Source of the DNA: Arenicellales bacterium
GTDB taxonomy: Bacteria > Pseudomonadota > Gammaproteobacteria > Arenicellales > JAJDZL01
Length of the DNA: 64,000 nt
Direction: 5' to 3'
Assembly: GCA_965202615.1 (NCBI GenBank)
Contig: OZ241837.1
Location: 1,288,347 to 1,352,346 of the forward strand
The translations under genes and the position numbers were made by a program. Under the pieces are notes generated by a model. That model had not been told where the DNA came from and ran no database searches. It worked only from the letters and a program-made list of their open reading frames with translations. Below are positions 37,923 through 46,760 of the stretch, piece by piece (the first letter of the stretch is position 1; each line of letters begins with the position of its first letter).

Positions 37923-38778
37923 TCTCGTCAGTAGATTCGGGTTTGGTGTGAATCGACTGCACAGATTCCCAGGCGTTCATCACAGTCTTTCGAGGCAATC
38001 CCCAGCGATAGCCGCCCAGCGCGCCGGATTTTCGTATGACCCGGTGACAGGGGATCACATAGGCAACCATATTTTTGCCGACCGCTGATGCGACTGCCCG
38101 AACCGCGCGCGGATGATCAACGTATTCAGCAACCTGGCTGTAAGTCGCAAGTTCGTGACGCGGAATGTTCAACAGCGCCTCCCACACGCGTATCTGCAGG
38201 TTCGTCCCCTTCACGTGAAGCATCAACGATTGCGGTTGCTGATAGACTCCTTCAAATATTTGTTGTGTGACTAGACGAGTTGATTCGGAGTTTTCACGAA
38301 TCGATGCGGCGTTCCACTCTTGCCGGAGCGCGTCCAGTCCGGATTTGTCATCGTGAAAACTCATCCAGCATACGCCCTTTTCCGTAGTGGCGAGCAGACA
38401 GTATCCAAAAGGAGTCTGGTGCCAGCCATATTCGATTTCGATTGATCGCCCCTTTCGTCGATACTCCTCGGGCGTCATGGCGAAGACGTTGACGATCAGA
38501 TCATGCAGGCGGCTTGGACCGGAAAGCCCGCAATCCAGAGCAACGTCGAGTACAGAGTCAGAGCCTCGAAGCAAAACGCTGCAGCGTTGCGCAGTCAAGT
38601 ATTGAACAAAACGTTTGGGTGAGATTCCAGCCCAGCGTTTAAAGAGTTTCTGAAAATGAAACTCACTCAGTCCGACATGGTTTGCTATGTCTTGCAACGA
38701 GGGTTGTTCCAGCGCGTTTTGCTCAATAAAAAGGATGGCACGTTCAATTCGTTTGTAGTCATTCATGGGATTTGTCAA
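37894..38778 (-). CDS. AraC-type HTH fused to methylated-DNA-protein-cysteine methyltransferase (Ada-like, no N-Ada zinc domain)
   Basis: N-terminal 'LQDIANHVGLSEFHFQKLFKRWAGISPKRF', C-terminal 'YVIPCHRVIRKSGALGGYRWG' active-site PCHR motif. Confidence 0.85.
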   Translation of the reverse strand: MTNPMNDYKRIERAILFIEQNALEQPSLQDIANHVGLSEFHFQKLFKRWAGISPKRFVQYLTAQRCSVLLRGSDSVLDVALDCGLSGPSRLHDLIVNVFAMTPEEYRRKGRSIEIEYGWHQTPFGYCLLATTEKGVCWMSFHDDKSGLDALRQEWNAASIRENSESTRLVTQQIFEGVYQQPQSLMLHVKGTNLQIRVWEALLNIPRHELATYSQVAEYVDHPRAVRAVASAVGKNMVAYVIPCHRVIRKSGALGGYRWGLPRKTVMNAWESVQSIHTKPESTDEISQVQLPVS

Positions 38779-38904
38779 TTCCTCAATACTTGCAGTTCTT
38801 CAAGTTACATTGTGTATTGTTTGGTAGCCATCTATCAATCCGTTTCTTGCTGTAAAATGCGATTCTCACTTTATGCGAATCAACCAAATCAGTAACAGGT
38901 TCAG

Positions 38905-41361
38905 ATGAACGAAATGAGCAAGTCTTTACCGGAAAAAGCAAAAGTCGTGATCATTGGAGGCGGTGCTGTCGGCACCGGTGTTCTGTACCACCTGGCGAAA
39001 GCGGGTTGGGAAGACCTGGTATTGCTCGAGCGTCGCGAACTGGGCTGCGGAACAACGTGGCACGCGGCGGGATTGGTCGGGCAATTGCGGCCCAACCTGA
39101 ATTTGACGAGACTTGCTCAGTATACCGCCGAGCTTTTCGAAAGCCTGGAAGAAGAAACCGGACAGCCCACCGGTTTCAGGCAGAATGGATCATTGTCCGT
39201 CGCGTCGGACGAACATCGCTTCGAAGAGTTGAAACGTTCGGTTACCATGGCGCGCGCGTTCGGGCTTGAAGCTGATGTAATCACACCATCCGAAGCGAAA
39301 GAATACTATCCCATATTGAATGTCGACGACATGGTCGGTGCGGTATATATCCCCAAAGACGGTCAGATCAACCCGCTGGATGTGGTTCAGGCCTATGCTA
39401 AAGGAGCCCGCACAAATGGCGCTCGAATTTGTGAGAACATTAAGGTCACGGGAATTTCGATCGAGAACGGACGGGTTTGCGGCGTTTCGACCGATCAGGG
39501 TTTTATCGCGGCAGATATTGTCGTCAATTGTGCAGGAATGTGGGCCAGGGAAGTCGGCCTGATGTGTGGGGTTGAAATTCCGCTTCACGCGGCAGAACAT
39601 TTTTATGTGGTAACCGAACCAATTCCAGGTTTGCCGAGTGATCTGCCGGTGATGCGCGACCAAACCGGATATACGTACTACAAGGAAGATGCCGGGAAGC
39701 TGCTTGTCGGCGCTTTTGAGCCGAATGCCAAACCTTGGGGAATGGACGGCATTCCCGAAGATTTCAGTTTTGATCAGCTCAAAGAAGATTGGGATCATTT
39801 TGAGCCGGCTCTGAACAATGCCCTGCATCGCGTCCCCTTGCTCAACGAAGTCGGCATCCATACATTTTTCTGCGGACCGGAGAGTTTCACGCCTGATAAC
39901 CGCTACTATCTCGGTGAGGCGCCGAACCTGAAAGGTTTTTATGTTGCGGCCGGCTTCAATTCGATCGGTGTCCAGTCTTCCGGCGGCGCCGGCAAAGTGA
40001 TATCAGAGTGGATTGAGAAAGGGCATTCGCCACAGGACTATTGGGAGATCGATATTCGAAGAATTGCGCCGTTTCAGAACAACAGCGTGTATCTGCGCGA
40101 GCGGATATCCGAATCCTTGGGATTGCTGTATGCCATGCACTGGCCTTTTCGCCAGCCGGAAACGTCCCGCAACATCAGAAAATCCCCGCTTCACGACCGG
40201 CTCGCCGCCCAGGGTGCCTGTTTCGGTGAAACCTATGGCTGGGAACGGGCCGACTGGTATGCTCCGGGGGAGACGTCCCCGCAGTACGAATATTCATACG
40301 GCAGGCAAAACTGGTTTGAGAACAATCGCGCCGAGCATGAAGCGGTTCGCAGCAATGTCGGAATTTTTGACCTGACGTCGTTCGCAAAATTCATGGTTGA
40401 AGGATTCGATGCGGAAAAATACCTCAACCGGATTTGCGCCAACAATGTGGCAGTCGAGCCAGGACGGGTGGTTTATACGCAGTGGCTGAATGAACGCGGC
40501 GGCATCGAAGCGGACCTTACCGTTACCCGACTCGGTGAAAATCGTTTTCTGGTCGTTACCGGAGCGGCTGTTCACCTTCGCGATCTGACGTGGCTGCGGC
40601 GAAATCTGTCCGACAATCTGCACGTTGTCGTAACCGACGTGACATCGGCGTACTCGGTTCTTTCGATTATGGGTCCGAATTCCCGCGAACTGCTGTCCCG
40701 CGTGACATCGGCGAACCTGTCAAACGAGCAGTTCCCGTTTCTGTCATCGAAGGAAATTGAATTGGGGATGGCTTTTGGTAGAGCCTCGAGAATTACCTAT
40801 GTCGGCGAGCTTGGCTGGGAACTCTATATTGGAACCGATGTTGTCCAACATGTCTACGATGAAATTCTCGCCGCCGGAGACAGTCTTGGTCTGGTGCATT
40901 GCGGTTATCTTGCGCTCAATTCACTGCGCATCGAAAAAGCGTACCGGCATTTTGGTCATGACATTGCGGACGAAGACAGTCCACTCGAAGCTGGACTGGG
41001 ATTTGCCGTGGCCTGGGATAAACCCGGAGGATTTATTGGCAAGGAAGCACTGGAAAAGCAGCGGGGCAAGAAGCTGGAACGCAGGCTGGTGCAGTTCGTA
41101 TTTGAAGACCCGGAACCCTTGATCTATCACGAAGAGCCGATCTTTCGCGACGGGGAGCTGGTCGGTCGCATTACTTCCGCCATGTTTGGGCACACGCTTG
41201 GCGGCTGTGTCGGGCTCGGGTACGTCAATTGCGCCGATGGCGTCACTCCGGACTATATCAATTCGGGTAAATTCGAGATAGAAGTCGCGGGTGAACGCTT
41301 CGCGGCGCGTGCATCGCTTCGACCGCTTTATGATCCCCGGTCAGAACGGCCCAAGGCATAA
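38905..41361 (+). CDS. FAD-dependent oxidoreductase with GcvT-like folate-binding C-terminus (dimethylglycine/sarcosine dehydrogenase family)
   Basis: 818 aa. 'VVIIGGGAVGTGVLYHLA', 'GTTWHAAG', C-terminal aminomethyltransferase-like half 'GIFDLTSFAKFMVEG...YVGELGWELY'. Confidence 0.9.
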   Translation: MNEMSKSLPEKAKVVIIGGGAVGTGVLYHLAKAGWEDLVLLERRELGCGTTWHAAGLVGQLRPNLNLTRLAQYTAELFESLEEETGQPTGFRQNGSLSVASDEHRFEELKRSVTMARAFGLEADVITPSEAKEYYPILNVDDMVGAVYIPKDGQINPLDVVQAYAKGARTNGARICENIKVTGISIENGRVCGVSTDQGFIAADIVVNCAGMWAREVGLMCGVEIPLHAAEHFYVVTEPIPGLPSDLPVMRDQTGYTYYKEDAGKLLVGAFEPNAKPWGMDGIPEDFSFDQLKEDWDHFEPALNNALHRVPLLNEVGIHTFFCGPESFTPDNRYYLGEAPNLKGFYVAAGFNSIGVQSSGGAGKVISEWIEKGHSPQDYWEIDIRRIAPFQNNSVYLRERISESLGLLYAMHWPFRQPETSRNIRKSPLHDRLAAQGACFGETYGWERADWYAPGETSPQYEYSYGRQNWFENNRAEHEAVRSNVGIFDLTSFAKFMVEGFDAEKYLNRICANNVAVEPGRVVYTQWLNERGGIEADLTVTRLGENRFLVVTGAAVHLRDLTWLRRNLSDNLHVVVTDVTSAYSVLSIMGPNSRELLSRVTSANLSNEQFPFLSSKEIELGMAFGRASRITYVGELGWELYIGTDVVQHVYDEILAAGDSLGLVHCGYLALNSLRIEKAYRHFGHDIADEDSPLEAGLGFAVAWDKPGGFIGKEALEKQRGKKLERRLVQFVFEDPEPLIYHEEPIFRDGELVGRITSAMFGHTLGGCVGLGYVNCADGVTPDYINSGKFEIEVAGERFAARASLRPLYDPRSERPKA

Positions 41362-41404
41362 GGCAGAACATTTTGAACTCTCGCGCGAAAGGATTCACGA
41401 TTCG

Positions 41405-42139
41405 ATGACTATGGAACTTTTTCAGGATGATCCATACCTGAGAGACTGTGACGCAGTTGTTGTGGAGTCAAATCCTGAAAAACACTGGTTCAAAGTTGAT
41501 CAGACCGTTTTCTATCCGATGGGAGGCGGTCAGCCTGGTGATAGCGGAGTGGCGTTTCGCATGGATGATTCCGAGTTTGAAATCATCGATACGCGTCGGG
41601 ACCATGATTCTGGAGATGTCCTGCATGTTGTCAAAACGGCAGCAGATGTTCCCGAACCTGGCACCGCGCTGCATTTGGAAATCGATTGGGAGCGACGTTA
41701 CCTCCACATGAGAATGCATAGTTGCCTGCATTTGCTGTGTGCAGCCGTTCCCGGAAAAGTAACGGGAGGACAAATTCGAGAAGGACGCGGTCGACTTGAT
41801 TTTGACATCAGGAATCCTGCAGAGCGGCATGAGCTTGATACCACTCTAAATACACTTATCCAGCAAAACGCCCGTCGAATTAATCGCGTGTATACGCCTC
41901 AGGATCTGGAGGAAAGTCCGTCTCTGGTCAGAAATCTTTCCGTTAAACCGCCTGAAGGTCTTCAAAAAATCAAGATGGTGCATTTTGAGAATCTCGATAT
42001 CCAGCCCTGCAACGGAACACATGTGGCGAACACGGAAGAGATTGGAGAAGTCAGGGTGGATAAAATCGAGAACAAGGGTAAACGCAACCGTCGCATTACC
42101 GTGTCGCTTGTTGATATGGCGGTTGATGTCAACTATTAA
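41405..42139 (+). CDS. alanyl-tRNA editing protein (AlaX-like)
   Basis: 'FYPMGGGQPGDSG', 'RMHSCLHLL', 'QPCNGTHV' zinc and editing motifs. The ATG at 41405 is preferred over the upstream in-frame start that overlaps the previous gene. Confidence 0.85.
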   Translation: MTMELFQDDPYLRDCDAVVVESNPEKHWFKVDQTVFYPMGGGQPGDSGVAFRMDDSEFEIIDTRRDHDSGDVLHVVKTAADVPEPGTALHLEIDWERRYLHMRMHSCLHLLCAAVPGKVTGGQIREGRGRLDFDIRNPAERHELDTTLNTLIQQNARRINRVYTPQDLEESPSLVRNLSVKPPEGLQKIKMVHFENLDIQPCNGTHVANTEEIGEVRVDKIENKGKRNRRITVSLVDMAVDVNY

Positions 42140-42164
42140 CGCCGCTTGAAGCCAGGAGAGATCA

Positions 42165-42557
42165 ATGTATACGGGAAGTTGTTTGTGTGGGACCGTAACA
42201 TTCGAATTCGATTGTGAAATCCGCCGATTTCATCATTGTCACTGTCGGACCTGTCGAAAGGTTCATGCAACGGTGTACGGGTCGAGCGCACTGGTTGATG
42301 GATCTGCATTCACGATCAAGAGCGGGAAAGAATCGATATCTCAATATTCGTCATCGCCAGGCAAAGTCCGGTATTTTTGCAGCAACTGTGGAACCCATGT
42401 CTTCGCTCGCTGCGACCGTGACCCGAATGACATCATTTTGCGACTCGGTGCGCTGGACGGCGACCTTGGCATCAAGGCCTATAGTCATATCTGGGTAAGC
42501 CACAAACCCGACTGGTATGACATCGCTGACAATCTCCCGCAAAGGCCCGAGTGGTAA
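42165..42557 (+). CDS. GFA family (glutathione-dependent formaldehyde-activating/CENP-V-like) protein
   Basis: 'GSCLCGTVTFEF', 'HCHCRTCRK', 'FCSNCGTHVF' cysteine clusters. Confidence 0.85.
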   Translation: MYTGSCLCGTVTFEFDCEIRRFHHCHCRTCRKVHATVYGSSALVDGSAFTIKSGKESISQYSSSPGKVRYFCSNCGTHVFARCDRDPNDIILRLGALDGDLGIKAYSHIWVSHKPDWYDIADNLPQRPEW

Positions 42558-42598
42558 CCAGAATACGATTCCAAACCAAAACCAGGAACCTTTGACTC

Positions 42599-43738
42599 AT
42601 GACGCAGAACAAACCTGAACTTCATCGAGGATTGAAAGGCGTATATTTTGAACGCTCTGCGGTCTCTTCGATTGACGGACGTGCCGGCGACTTGCGTTAC
42701 CGCGGCTATTCGATTCACGAACTGGCGGAACATTCCACCTTTGAAGAAACTGCCTATCTGCTGATCTATGGCGAGTTGCCGACCCGTCAGCAACTGGTGG
42801 AACTGGATCACCGTCTGAAAGAGCAACGGTTTTTGCCCGCGCCAATATTCGAGATGATCAGCGCAATCCAGAATGCGCACCCCATGGAGGTTTTGAGGAC
42901 CTGTGTTTCCGCGCTCGGCGCATTCGATGACACCGCCGATGACAGTTCACCCGAAGCGGTGATCGAAAAAGGGATACGCCTGACTTCACAGGTTCCGATG
43001 ATTGTCGCCGCGCATGATCGGATTCGAAACGGCAAAGACCTGGTTCTACCCGACAAGACGATCAGTCACGCAGCACATTTCCTTTACCAGTTGAGCGGGG
43101 AAATGCCAACGGACGAGGCAATCGACCTGTTTGACAAAGATCTGGTGCTGCATGCGGAACACGGCTCGAATGCTTCGGCTTTTACCGCCCGCGTGGTTAC
43201 CGGTACCGATGCCAATGTCTATGCATCCATCACCGCCGCGATTGCGGCCTTGTCCGGCCCGGCGCACGGGGGTGCGGCCGAAAACGTGATGACGATGGCT
43301 CAGGAAGTCGGCAAGCCGGAACGGGCGGTTGAATATGTGAAAGAACGACGAAAGAACAGGTTGCCGATTATGGGATTCGGGCACCGGGTCTATCGTGCCG
43401 AGGACCCCCGCGCACGACACATGAAAGCGGGGGTCAAACGACTTTCGGAGCAAATGGGCGATCCGTACTGGTACGAAATTCTCGAATCTTTGGTTGAAGC
43501 GATGAAGCCGTGGTCGCGGCACGGTGTCAATGTCAATGTTGACTTCTATTCCGGTGTGGTCTATCACCTTCACGGCATTGCAGTTGACCTGTTCGTTCCG
43601 ATTTTTGCAGTGGGCCGAACACCCGGATGGATCGTGCAGGTCCTGGAGCAACTCGAAACCAATATTCTGATTCGCCCCTTGACCCTGTATAACGGGAGTG
43701 AGCCAAGGGCATATGTTCCGATAGAAGAGCGGGACTGA
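42599..43738 (+). CDS. citrate synthase / 2-methylcitrate synthase family protein
   Basis: 379 aa. 'GLKGVYFERSAVSSIDG', 'LHAEHGSNAS', 'GPAHGGA', 'MGFGHRVY', 'DFYSG'. Confidence 0.9.
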   Translation: MTQNKPELHRGLKGVYFERSAVSSIDGRAGDLRYRGYSIHELAEHSTFEETAYLLIYGELPTRQQLVELDHRLKEQRFLPAPIFEMISAIQNAHPMEVLRTCVSALGAFDDTADDSSPEAVIEKGIRLTSQVPMIVAAHDRIRNGKDLVLPDKTISHAAHFLYQLSGEMPTDEAIDLFDKDLVLHAEHGSNASAFTARVVTGTDANVYASITAAIAALSGPAHGGAAENVMTMAQEVGKPERAVEYVKERRKNRLPIMGFGHRVYRAEDPRARHMKAGVKRLSEQMGDPYWYEILESLVEAMKPWSRHGVNVNVDFYSGVVYHLHGIAVDLFVPIFAVGRTPGWIVQVLEQLETNILIRPLTLYNGSEPRAYVPIEERD

Positions 43739-44014
43739 TAATCTCGAACAGCCCTCAATATAATCTCGCCTATTCGACAACTGGATTCTGCAATCTCGCA
43801 AACAAGTGGACGGACAACTCGGTGTGCAACATTTTGCAATACTCGAAAGCGGGCACAGGTCGGGTTACCATTGTTCTTGTTTTATGATCGTAATATTTGG
43901 AAAGTTTATCGGAAACTGCGTATTTATCAATACCTTTGGGCGGATGTGTCGCACATAACTTGCAAGGTGTGTATTTGAAGTAAGGAGACTTAGTTAGTTG
44001 AGGATAAGATTGTA

Positions 44015-45403
44015 ATGGCTCGCAGAAAAGACTTAATAAGGAAACTGTATTATTCCGACAATTTACCCATTTTGCAAGAAATGGAAGATGAATCGATTAA
44101 TCTGATATATCTGGACCCACCCTTCAATTCAAACCGAGCCTATAACATCATTTATCCAGGGGATTTAGGTCAAGTTACCGCATTTGAAGATACTTGGTAT
44201 TGGACACCGGAGTGTGATGTTCATCTGCAGACGATGAAACACTTGAATTGCCGGAGGATTCTGAATGCTTTGGTTGACGCATTAGGCAAAATTCAAGTAT
44301 GTGCATACCTTGTCAACATGGCGGTACGACTGATTGAAATTCGAAGAGTCCTGAATTCGACTGGAACAGTCTATCTTCATTGTGACCCTACCGCGAGCCA
44401 TTATCTGAAAATCGTAATGGATGCAATTTTTGGTCAGAATAATTTTAGGAACGAAATAGTTTGGTGTTATCGGGGAGGAGGGGTCCCCAAAAATGACTTT
44501 GCACGTAAACATGACATCATTTTGCGATACTCAAAAGGTAAAACCGTTTGTTTCAATGTAGACGAAGTACGAATCCCTTATTCAGAAGACTCGAATGAAC
44601 GACTTCATTACACTGCTCGGGCATTCAGACCGGGCCGGGTATATGATAATTACGAACAAAACCCTCTTGGAAAACACCCAGAAGACTGGTGGGAAATTCA
44701 GCCAGTTATGCCATCATCGAAGGAACGACTAAGCTACCCAACCCAAAAACCATTGAAGCTCCTTGAGAGAATATTGAAAGCTTCATCGAATGAAGGCGAT
44801 TTGGTATTTGATCCGTTTTGTGGTTGCGGAACAACGATTGCCGCCGCTGAAAAACTCGGACGTAATTGGATTGGAATTGACATCACTTACTCAGCAATAG
44901 CCGCAATTAAGGAACGATTCAAGCGACAGAAACTGAATATTTGGGGGGAAATTCAGATACTAGGTGAACCGGAATCAGAAGAAGATGTTGAAACGAATCT
45001 ACTCCGGTCTGAATCAGCCAGATCAAGAAAGGAATTTGAGAAGTTTTGTGTTACGACGATCGGTGGATTACCTAACAGCAAAATGGGTGCTGACGGAGGA
45101 ATAGATGGTAGAATTCCACTGCCCAATAATGAAATTGCGGTAATTTCCGTCAAGAGTGGTAAAGTGAATGTAACACAAGTTCGGGAACTTAAAGGACTAC
45201 TCAATGGGAAGAATAAAGTAGGAATTTTCGTTACTAAAGAAAAACCTACCCAGCCAATGATCCAATTTGCAAATCAAGCAGGGATTTATCAATATTCAAA
45301 AGAAAGTATTCTGCGTTTTGAAAAACAGCAACCCATACCAATTATTCAGATTCTGACATTGGATGAAGTCGTAAAAGGAATCAAACCCATTCTCCCACAA
45401 TAA
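44015..45403 (+). CDS. beta-class N6-adenine/N4-cytosine DNA methyltransferase fused to a C-terminal Mrr-like (PD-(D/E)xK-type) domain
   Basis: 462 aa. Motif IV 'DPPF' (aa 34-37) comes before motif I 'FDPFCGCGTT' (aa 265-274). C-terminal aa ~338-455 read 'KEFEKFCVTTIGG...GADGGIDGRIPL...IAVISVKSGKVNVTQVRELKG...VGIFVT...IQILTLDEVV'. Confidence 0.9.
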   Translation: MARRKDLIRKLYYSDNLPILQEMEDESINLIYLDPPFNSNRAYNIIYPGDLGQVTAFEDTWYWTPECDVHLQTMKHLNCRRILNALVDALGKIQVCAYLVNMAVRLIEIRRVLNSTGTVYLHCDPTASHYLKIVMDAIFGQNNFRNEIVWCYRGGGVPKNDFARKHDIILRYSKGKTVCFNVDEVRIPYSEDSNERLHYTARAFRPGRVYDNYEQNPLGKHPEDWWEIQPVMPSSKERLSYPTQKPLKLLERILKASSNEGDLVFDPFCGCGTTIAAAEKLGRNWIGIDITYSAIAAIKERFKRQKLNIWGEIQILGEPESEEDVETNLLRSESARSRKEFEKFCVTTIGGLPNSKMGADGGIDGRIPLPNNEIAVISVKSGKVNVTQVRELKGLLNGKNKVGIFVTKEKPTQPMIQFANQAGIYQYSKESILRFEKQQPIPIIQILTLDEVVKGIKPILPQ

Positions 45404-45758
45404 TCAAAGTATCGAATTCTATAAATACTTGTATTTTGAAGACTCGGAATTAATTCAGAAAACATATCGTTGATTCCGTCCGCTCGGTAGTAAGTGATAA
45501 CTCACAGATCAATTGGGTTTTTCTCCAACAATTTCCCACCTGAGATTTACTGGAAATCAGGGAGAATCGCTAAAACTCTAGGGAAAGCACCACCCGTCGT
45601 TTAAGAAGAAGTTAGGAAAGAAACTTCTGATAGCGAGTTTCTGTAAATTCTTTTGGTGGTATGGGTTAATTGTAGGTGGTATTTTCAATTTCCCATTATC
45701 ACTGTCGTAGTGAGTGCTAAGAGTATTAAAACATTATTGGTTTTCTACTATTTGAAAT

Positions 45759-46748
45759 TCACCTTGTTGCCAGCAGTACGGCTGTTGCTGTAACAATGTC
45801 GTTAACCGTAGCGCCCCGCGAAAGGTCGCTGATCGGTTTGGCAAATCCCTGCAATATCGGTCCGATTGCCTGGGCTCCTGCCAGATATTGCGTAATTTTG
45901 TAGCCGATGTTTCCGGCATTGAGATCGGGAAAGATAAAGACATTGGCGCGGCCCGCAACCTCACCGGGTTCTTTCAGCTTCAGCGACGCGGTTCGCCGGT
46001 CAAAAGCAGTGTCGAATTGGAATTCGCCGTCAATCATGAGATCCGGCAGCCGTTCTCGTACCAAACCGAGAGCCTGCCTGACCTTGTCGACCATTGCGTG
46101 TTGAGCGCTGCCTTTGGAGGAAAACGACAACAGGGCGATGCGGGGTGTTTCATCCAGCAGCAGTGCGGCGTTATTGGCGGTGCTGACCGCGATGTCAGTC
46201 AGCTGTTCCGCGGTTGGATTGACATTGACTGCGCAATCCGCGAACACCAGCAATCTTGGCTGTCCGGACCCGCTCGGCGGAACGGCCATCAAGAAATAGC
46301 TCGATGGAGTCGAAACGTTGTGTTCTGCTCCGATGATCATCAAACCGGCTTCGATGACGCGTGCAGTTGGAATCGAGGAGCCGGCGACCATCGCATGTGC
46401 ATCTCCGCTTTGTACCATCATGGCGCTGTACATCAGCGTTTTTCGCAGCAGACGCTGAGCGATTGCCGGTTTCAGCGGACGCGGGCCGTTTCCGGCAAGT
46501 GCCGCGTATCGTTCCATATTGGCTGAATCGCGCGCCGGGTCCGCAATGTCGATCCCGTCAAGTGAGAGGTTGGAATCGCGCGCGATCGCGTGGATTTGCT
46601 CTTTATCGCCCGTCAGCACCGGTGAAGCGATTTGTCGCTTCAGCAGGATACCGGCCGCGCGAATCATGCGTTCATCCGCCGCCTCCGCCAGCACGACCAC
46701 ATGCTCTTTCCCCTGAGCAAGATGAATCAGGTCATCGAGATTGCTCAC
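45759..46748 (-). CDS. pta: phosphate acetyltransferase
   Basis: 329 aa short-form Pta. 'VVLAEAADERMIRAA', 'FADCAVNVNP', 'FPDLNAGNIGYK'. Immediately downstream of xsc. Confidence 0.9.
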   Translation of the reverse strand: MSNLDDLIHLAQGKEHVVVLAEAADERMIRAAGILLKRQIASPVLTGDKEQIHAIARDSNLSLDGIDIADPARDSANMERYAALAGNGPRPLKPAIAQRLLRKTLMYSAMMVQSGDAHAMVAGSSIPTARVIEAGLMIIGAEHNVSTPSSYFLMAVPPSGSGQPRLLVFADCAVNVNPTAEQLTDIAVSTANNAALLLDETPRIALLSFSSKGSAQHAMVDKVRQALGLVRERLPDLMIDGEFQFDTAFDRRTASLKLKEPGEVAGRANVFIFPDLNAGNIGYKITQYLAGAQAIGPILQGFAKPISDLSRGATVNDIVTATAVLLATR

Positions 46749-46760
46749 GGGCTTTGCGCT

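Noticed and set aside
43046-43801. A 251-aa minus-strand ORF opposite citrate synthase. Similar long antisense ORFs occur at 1120-1788, 10136-10708, 13417-13947, 22232-22879, 39190-39861, 45888-46526 and 56412-57032.
   Set aside because: Each lies fully inside a confidently identified gene on the other strand and has Arg/Ser/Cys-rich junk-like composition. I treat them as shadow ORFs, not overlapping genes.
45619-45642. A hairpin agaaact-N10-agtttct followed by a T-rich run, a possible terminator.
   Set aside because: It lies about 215 nt after the methyltransferase stop and about 115 nt after the pta stop. The stem is AT-rich and short, so the strand and gene assignment are ambiguous.
43739-45758. 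A search for direct repeats or att-like duplications flanking the methyltransferase insertion.
   Set aside because: Only short AT-rich words are shared (for example tatttgaa at about 43966 and 45750). These are expected by chance in AT-rich DNA, and there is no integrase or tRNA target.
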